Shown here: piece after piece, positions 59,098 to 64,000 of the stretch
Layout: each line of letters begins with the position of its first letter
How positions within the stretch are numbered: the first letter of the stretch is position 1
From: an uncultured Pseudomonadota bacterium
GTDB lineage: Bacteria; Pseudomonadota; Alphaproteobacteria; Rs-D84; CACZYB01
DNA: 64,000 nt
Reading direction: 5' to 3'
Assembly: GCA_902785275.1 (NCBI GenBank)
Contig: CACZYB010000003.1
Span: 64,001 to 128,000, forward strand
Made by a program: the position numbers and the translations under genes
Notes under the pieces: model-generated
The model's database searches: none
Seen by the model: only the letters and a program-made list of their open reading frames with translations
Told to the model about the DNA's origin: nothing

Positions 59098-60570
59098 ATG
59101 AAATTAACTGATTTAACTATTACACAAGCAAAAGATTTACTTAATAAGAAAGAAATTTCTGCTGTTGAGCTTACAAAGGCTTTTATCTCTAATATGGAAA
59201 AATATAAGGGACTTAATGCTTTTGTTACTGAAACACCGGAAATTGCCCTTAAACAAGCAAAAGTTGCAGATGAAAATATTGCACAAGACAAAGCCAGAGA
59301 ATTAGAAGGTATTCCTTTGACAATCAAAGATTTGTACTGTACAAAAGGTGTTAGAACAACTGCATCATCAAAGATGCTTGAGAATTTTGTTCCAGAATAT
59401 GAATCAACAGTTTCAAGAAAATTACTCGAAGCTGGGATCACTATGCTTGGAAAAACATCAATGGATGAATTTGCGATGGGTTCAACAAACTTAACATCAT
59501 ATTTTGGTGAAGTTAAAAATCCATACAAAAGAAATGGTGAGGATTTAGTTCCTGGTGGTTCATCTGGTGGTTCTGCATCTGCTGTGGCTTCTGGTTGTGC
59601 TATGGCTGCAACAGGAAGTGATACCGGTGGTTCAATCAGACAACCTGCAAGCTTTTGTGGTTTGGTTGGTATGAAACCAACTTATGGTCGTGCATCACGT
59701 TATGGTATGGTTGCATTCTCTTCATCACTTGATTGCCCAGGGCCAATAACAAGAACTGTTGCAGATAGTGCATTGTTCCTTAAAGTTATTTCTGGACTTG
59801 ATGAAAAAGATCCAACAACTGCACCAAGAGAAGTTGTTGATTGGACAAAGGTTTTGGGTCAATCTGTAAAGGGACTTAAAATCGGTATTCCAGAAGAATA
59901 CAAAAGTGATAAACTTAATCTAGAAGTTCAAAAACTTTGGGATGAACGTGCTGAAGATTTAAGAAAGATGGGAGCGGAAATTATAAATATCTCTCTTCCA
60001 CACACAAAATATTCTTTGCCAGTTTATTACATAATCGCTCCTGCAGAAGCATCTTCTAACCTTGCAAGATATGATGGTGTAAAATATGGTTACAGAACAT
60101 CATCTCCATATCATTCTTTGGATGAAATGTATGAGCTTACAAGAACAGAAGGTTTTGGTGCCGAGGTTAAGAAACGTCTTCTTATTGGTTCAACAATTTT
60201 GACCGAAGAATTTTATGAACGTTCTTATTTGAAAGCTCTTAAGACAAGAAGACTTATTTGTGAAGAATTTGAAGAAGCATTCAAGAAAGTTGATGTTATT
60301 TTAACACCATCAACAACTGGCGCTGCATTCTCAAAGAATGATAAGCTTTCACCACTTGATGTTTATTTGAACGATGTTTATACTGTGGGTTCATCATTGG
60401 CTGGTCTTCCATCAATGTCTGTTCCTGTTGGAAAGGATAAAAATGGTTTGCCACTTGGACTTCAGATTATGGGTAGAAAGTTTGATGAAGAAACAGTTTA
60501 CAAAGTTGGATATCAACTTGAACTTATTTCACAATTTGATAACACACCTTCAAAAGTTATGGGAGAATAG
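59098..60570 (+). CDS. gatA: Asp/Glu-tRNA amidotransferase subunit A
   Basis: IKD, MDEFAMGS, PGGSSGGSA, GSDTGGSIRQPA, SSNLARYDG, GFGAEVKKR. Confidence 0.97.
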   Translation: MKLTDLTITQAKDLLNKKEISAVELTKAFISNMEKYKGLNAFVTETPEIALKQAKVADENIAQDKARELEGIPLTIKDLYCTKGVRTTASSKMLENFVPEYESTVSRKLLEAGITMLGKTSMDEFAMGSTNLTSYFGEVKNPYKRNGEDLVPGGSSGGSASAVASGCAMAATGSDTGGSIRQPASFCGLVGMKPTYGRASRYGMVAFSSSLDCPGPITRTVADSALFLKVISGLDEKDPTTAPREVVDWTKVLGQSVKGLKIGIPEEYKSDKLNLEVQKLWDERAEDLRKMGAEIINISLPHTKYSLPVYYIIAPAEASSNLARYDGVKYGYRTSSPYHSLDEMYELTRTEGFGAEVKKRLLIGSTILTEEFYERSYLKALKTRRLICEEFEEAFKKVDVILTPSTTGAAFSKNDKLSPLDVYLNDVYTVGSSLAGLPSMSVPVGKDKNGLPLGLQIMGRKFDEETVYKVGYQLELISQFDNTPSKVMGE

Positions 60571-60573
60571 ATT

Positions 60574-62037
60574 ATGTATACAGTAAAAGCAAAAGATAAA
60601 GAATACGAAATGAATATTGGACTTGAAATTCACTGTCAAGTCATAAGCGAATCGAAATTATTCTCTGCATCATCAACAAAGTTTGGTGCTCAACCAAATA
60701 CTCATGTTTCATTTTTTGATAGTGGTTTTCCGGGACAACTTCCTGTTATAAACAAATACTGTATTGAACAGGCAATTAAAACAGGTCTTGGACTTAATGC
60801 AAAAATCAATAAACGTTCTGTTTTTGATAGAAAGCATTATTTCTATGCTGATCTTCCTACTGGATATCAAATTACACAACAATTTCACCCTATTGTAAGT
60901 GACGGTTGGGTTGAAATTACTGATGAAGAAGGTAATGCAAAAAAAATCCGAATCGAAAAACTTCATGTGGAACAAGATGCCGGCAAACTTAATCACGAAC
61001 TTTCACCAAATAAATCTATGGTGGATTTCAACCGTGCGGGTGTTGCATTGATGGAAATTGTTTCAAAACCAGATATTTCCAGTCCTTATGAAGCTGGTGA
61101 ATATATTAAAAAGATGCGTTCTATTGTTCGCTATCTTGGTACTTGCGATGGAAATATGGATGAAGGAAGTATGCGTTGTGATATTAATATTTCCCTTCGT
61201 GAAAAAGGAAGTGATAAGCTTGGTACACGTACAGAAACAAAGAACGTAAACTCTGTTCGTTTCGCAATACAAGCTATTGAATACGAAGCTCAAAGACAGG
61301 CTGATATTCTTGCTGATGGTGGAAAGATTGATCAAGAAACAAGACTTTTCGATGCAAATACTGGTACTACACGTACTATGCGTAGTAAGGAAAATGCGAT
61401 TGATTATCGTTATTTCCCAGATCCAGATATTATGCCTCTTATCTTGGAAGAAGGTTTGGTTGAAAGAATTAAAGAATCTATGCCTGAACTTCCTGATGTA
61501 AAAAAGAAAAGATTTATGGAGCAATATAAACTTTCTGACTATGATTCAAACATTTTGACATCGGAACGTGCGATTGCTGAATACTTTGAAAAGGCAGTTG
61601 ATAAGACAAAAGATAACGACGGAAAGATGGTTTCAAACTGGATGCAATCTGAACTTTTTGCCGTACTTAACAAAGAAGCAAAAGATATTATCGACAGCCC
61701 AATTAAACCAGAAGAATTAGCTGAACTTATCAACCTTATAAAGGATGGTACAATTTCTGGTAAGATTGCAAAAGATGTTTTCAAACTTATGTATGAAGGT
61801 GATGAAAAATCTGCTTCAAAAATTGTTGAAGAAAAAGGTTGGAAACAAGTTTCTGATACATCTGCGATTGAAAAAGTTATTGATGATTTGATTGCAAATT
61901 CACCTGACAATGTTAACGCATATAAGGCTGGAAAGGTTCAACTTTTCGGTTGGTTTGTTGGTCAAACATTAAAGGCTATGAAGGGACAAGCAAATCCACA
62001 GATTGTAAACGAAATTTTGAAAAAGAAATTAGGTTAG
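60574..62037 (+). CDS. gatB: Asp/Glu-tRNA amidotransferase subunit B
   Basis: IGLEIH, RKHYFYADLP, EQDAGK, NRAG, GSMRCD, YRYFPDPD, GWFVGQ. Confidence 0.97.
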   Translation: MYTVKAKDKEYEMNIGLEIHCQVISESKLFSASSTKFGAQPNTHVSFFDSGFPGQLPVINKYCIEQAIKTGLGLNAKINKRSVFDRKHYFYADLPTGYQITQQFHPIVSDGWVEITDEEGNAKKIRIEKLHVEQDAGKLNHELSPNKSMVDFNRAGVALMEIVSKPDISSPYEAGEYIKKMRSIVRYLGTCDGNMDEGSMRCDINISLREKGSDKLGTRTETKNVNSVRFAIQAIEYEAQRQADILADGGKIDQETRLFDANTGTTRTMRSKENAIDYRYFPDPDIMPLILEEGLVERIKESMPELPDVKKKRFMEQYKLSDYDSNILTSERAIAEYFEKAVDKTKDNDGKMVSNWMQSELFAVLNKEAKDIIDSPIKPEELAELINLIKDGTISGKIAKDVFKLMYEGDEKSASKIVEEKGWKQVSDTSAIEKVIDDLIANSPDNVNAYKAGKVQLFGWFVGQTLKAMKGQANPQIVNEILKKKLG

Positions 62038-62073
62038 TAAAACTATCATGGCAATCAATAGGAGAAAAAAATA

Positions 62074-63456
62074 ATGAATAAAATATTGTTTCATCTTAAA
62101 ACTTTTGGTTGCCAAATGAATGTTTACGATTCATCGCGAATCGTAGAGCTTCTTTCCGGTTGCGGTATGGAAGCCACAGAGGATGAATGTAATGCAGATA
62201 TTGTCATACTTAATACTTGCTATATCAGAGAAAAGGCATCAGCAAAAATATTTTCTGAGCTTGGAAGAATAAAAAAGCTTTATTTGAATGCAAAGAAAAA
62301 TGTGCCTGTGTTCGCAATTATTGGTTGTGTTGCAAAGGCAGAAGGTGATAATATTTTCAAACGTGCACCGTATGTTTCTATTGTACTTTCGTCACAAAAA
62401 TATCACTTACTTCCTGAACTTCTTAAAAAAGCATTAGAGGAAAAAAATACTATTTTAAATGAGCAAGAAGATGGTGAAAAAAAGAAAAAGACAAAGCTTT
62501 CACATTTGATAAATACAGAACTTTCCGGACTTGAAAAATTTGATTGTTTACCAACAGTTAAAACTTCAGACAGTGTCGCATTTGTTCAGGTACAAGAAGG
62601 TTGCGATAAATTCTGTACATACTGTGTTGTACCAAACACCCGTGGACGCGAAGTTTCAAGGAATGAACAATCAATACTTGATGAAGTAGAAAATCTTCAA
62701 AATTTGGGTGCTGTGGAAATAAATCTTTTGGGTCAAAATGTGGATTGTTATGATAGTTTGGATAAGGACGGAAATAAATCAAACCTTGCAAAACTTATAA
62801 AGAAAATTGCAAAGTTTGAAAATGTGAAGCGAATCCGTTACACAACATCATATCCATCAGAATTTTTTGATGAGATGATTGAGCTTCATAAAACTGAACC
62901 AAAATTAATGCCTTTGGTTTATCTTCCTATACAATCTGGAAGTAATGAGGTTTTGCACAAGATGAACAGAAGATACACCCGTGAGCAGTATTTGGATTTG
63001 ATTAAAAAGCTTAAATCTGCGAATCCGGATATTCAAATTTCATCCGACTTTATTGTTGGTTTTCCGAATGAAACAGAGGAAGATTTTGAGCAAACTTTGG
63101 ATATTGTAAAGCAGGTAAAATTTATTCAATGCTATGCCTTTAAATACTCACCACGCCCTAATACCGTAGCGGCAAAGATGGATGGACAGATTGATTTAAA
63201 GATAAAATCTGATAGATTGAAACGCCTTCAAACAGAACTTAGAAAACATCAGGATGCTTTCAATAAATCATGTGTTGGCAAAGTAATGAATGTTCTTTTT
63301 ACCGATGTTTCAAAAACAGATTCCGAATATATCCTTGGAAAAAATGAATACCTTCAACCTGTTATTGTAAAGGCTGGGGCTGAATTGATTGGCACGATTA
63401 AAAATGTGAAAATCGAATCGGCAAGCTATGCAAATCTTAAGGGTGAAATAGTATAA
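62074..63456 (+). CDS. miaB: tRNA-2-methylthio-N6-dimethylallyladenosine synthase
   Basis: TFGCQMNVYDS, NTCYIRE, GCVA, radical-SAM CDKFCTYC, DFIVGFP, YSPRP, TRAM domain. Confidence 0.96.
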   Translation: MNKILFHLKTFGCQMNVYDSSRIVELLSGCGMEATEDECNADIVILNTCYIREKASAKIFSELGRIKKLYLNAKKNVPVFAIIGCVAKAEGDNIFKRAPYVSIVLSSQKYHLLPELLKKALEEKNTILNEQEDGEKKKKTKLSHLINTELSGLEKFDCLPTVKTSDSVAFVQVQEGCDKFCTYCVVPNTRGREVSRNEQSILDEVENLQNLGAVEINLLGQNVDCYDSLDKDGNKSNLAKLIKKIAKFENVKRIRYTTSYPSEFFDEMIELHKTEPKLMPLVYLPIQSGSNEVLHKMNRRYTREQYLDLIKKLKSANPDIQISSDFIVGFPNETEEDFEQTLDIVKQVKFIQCYAFKYSPRPNTVAAKMDGQIDLKIKSDRLKRLQTELRKHQDAFNKSCVGKVMNVLFTDVSKTDSEYILGKNEYLQPVIVKAGAELIGTIKNVKIESASYANLKGEIV

Positions 63457-63539
63457 ATCCGTTTTAGGTTTTTGTTCTTATTGAAAAAATGGAATAGATA
63501 AGTAATTATTATCCCTGATAAAAAAGGAGATAATAGAAA

Positions 63540-64000
63540 ATGTTTGAACTTAATCAATACCCACTTACATACAAAAAAAGTGCATTACAACCATATATTT
63601 CTGAAACGACAATGGATTTTCATTATGAAAAGCATTTGGCTACCTATATTGACAATCTTAATAAGGCAATAAAAGGTACGGATTTTATAAACCTTAGCCT
63701 TAAACAAATAATAATAAAATCAAGTCATTCAAAGGAAACCAGATATACTTTTAATAATGCGGCACAGGTGTTTAATCATAATTTCTTTTTTAATTGTATG
63801 AAGATTGGGGTGCCACAAAATCTTCCAAAAAAATTGTTTAATTCGTTTGATTCACTTGATGATTTTAAATCTCAATTTAAAGCCGTGGCGAATACTATTT
63901 TCGGTAGTGGTTGGGTTTGGTTGGTAACAGAAGCCAGAGAGTATAAAATTGTAAAAACAGCAAATGCAGATACGCCAATTGCACATAATCAAACACCGCT
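63540..64000 (+). CDS. sodB: Fe/Mn superoxide dismutase (likely Fe-type), partial, runs off the window end
   Basis: Not in ORF track. From ATG 63540 after AGGAG: ALQPYISETTMDFHYEKHLATY...FNNAAQVFNHNFFF...FGSGWVWLV...TANADTP. The AQ in NNAAQ is typical of Fe-SODs. Confidence 0.92.
   Translation, partial: MFELNQYPLTYKKSALQPYISETTMDFHYEKHLATYIDNLNKAIKGTDFINLSLKQIIIKSSHSKETRYTFNNAAQVFNHNFFFNCMKIGVPQNLPKKLFNSFDSLDDFKSQFKAVANTIFGSGWVWLVTEAREYKIVKTANADTPIAHNQTP

Noticed and set aside
58452-59528. 358-aa minus-strand ORF
   Set aside because: Lies antisense to secD and gatA, both clearly real; no recognisable motifs.
1-64000. CRISPR array, transposase, integrase, prophage, rRNA or alternative genetic code
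   Set aside because: No regularly spaced repeats or mobile-element proteins were recognised. Conserved genes translate to full length in the standard bacterial code, and TGA serves as a normal stop (e.g. malQ).

Overview
AT-rich (roughly 30-33% GC by eye), gene-dense chromosomal segment of a Gram-negative bacterium, most likely an uncultured, host-associated alphaproteobacterium. The alpha-type AddB, the DUF3646-like DnaX C-terminus and the dacA-tmk-holB-tatD and tilS-ftsH gene orders point that way. Content is mostly housekeeping. Replication/repair: addB, recJ, mutS, holB, dnaX, topA, partial comF. Translation/RNA: trmB, tilS, truB, rpsO, pnp, ychF, serS, gatAB, miaB, tRNA-Ser(GCT). Envelope: lytic transglycosylase, murI, murJ, dacA, bamD, msbA, lpxK, M23 peptidase, OmpA-like proteins. 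Lipid: fabD, fabG, a FabX/FabK-like flavoprotein. Alpha-glucan metabolism: glgB, malQ, maltokinase. No CRISPR array, transposase, integrase or rRNA was found. Most notable: (1) an intact 491-aa membrane protein that looks like a membrane pyrophosphatase (HppA) scaffold with all catalytic loops deleted; (2) dnaX split by an A10 run so that full-length tau needs a 1-nt slippage; (3) a secreted protein with a eukaryote-like Cys-rich domain and duplicated hydrophobic hairpins near tRNA-Ser; (4) small proteins missed by the ORF track (33-aa membrane peptide with its own promoter and terminator, 44-aa lipoprotein); (5) a Cys-rich orphan inserted between rpsO and pnp; (6) a Thermus/Deinococcus-like SerRS. 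All family assignments come from motif recognition by eye, not database searches.
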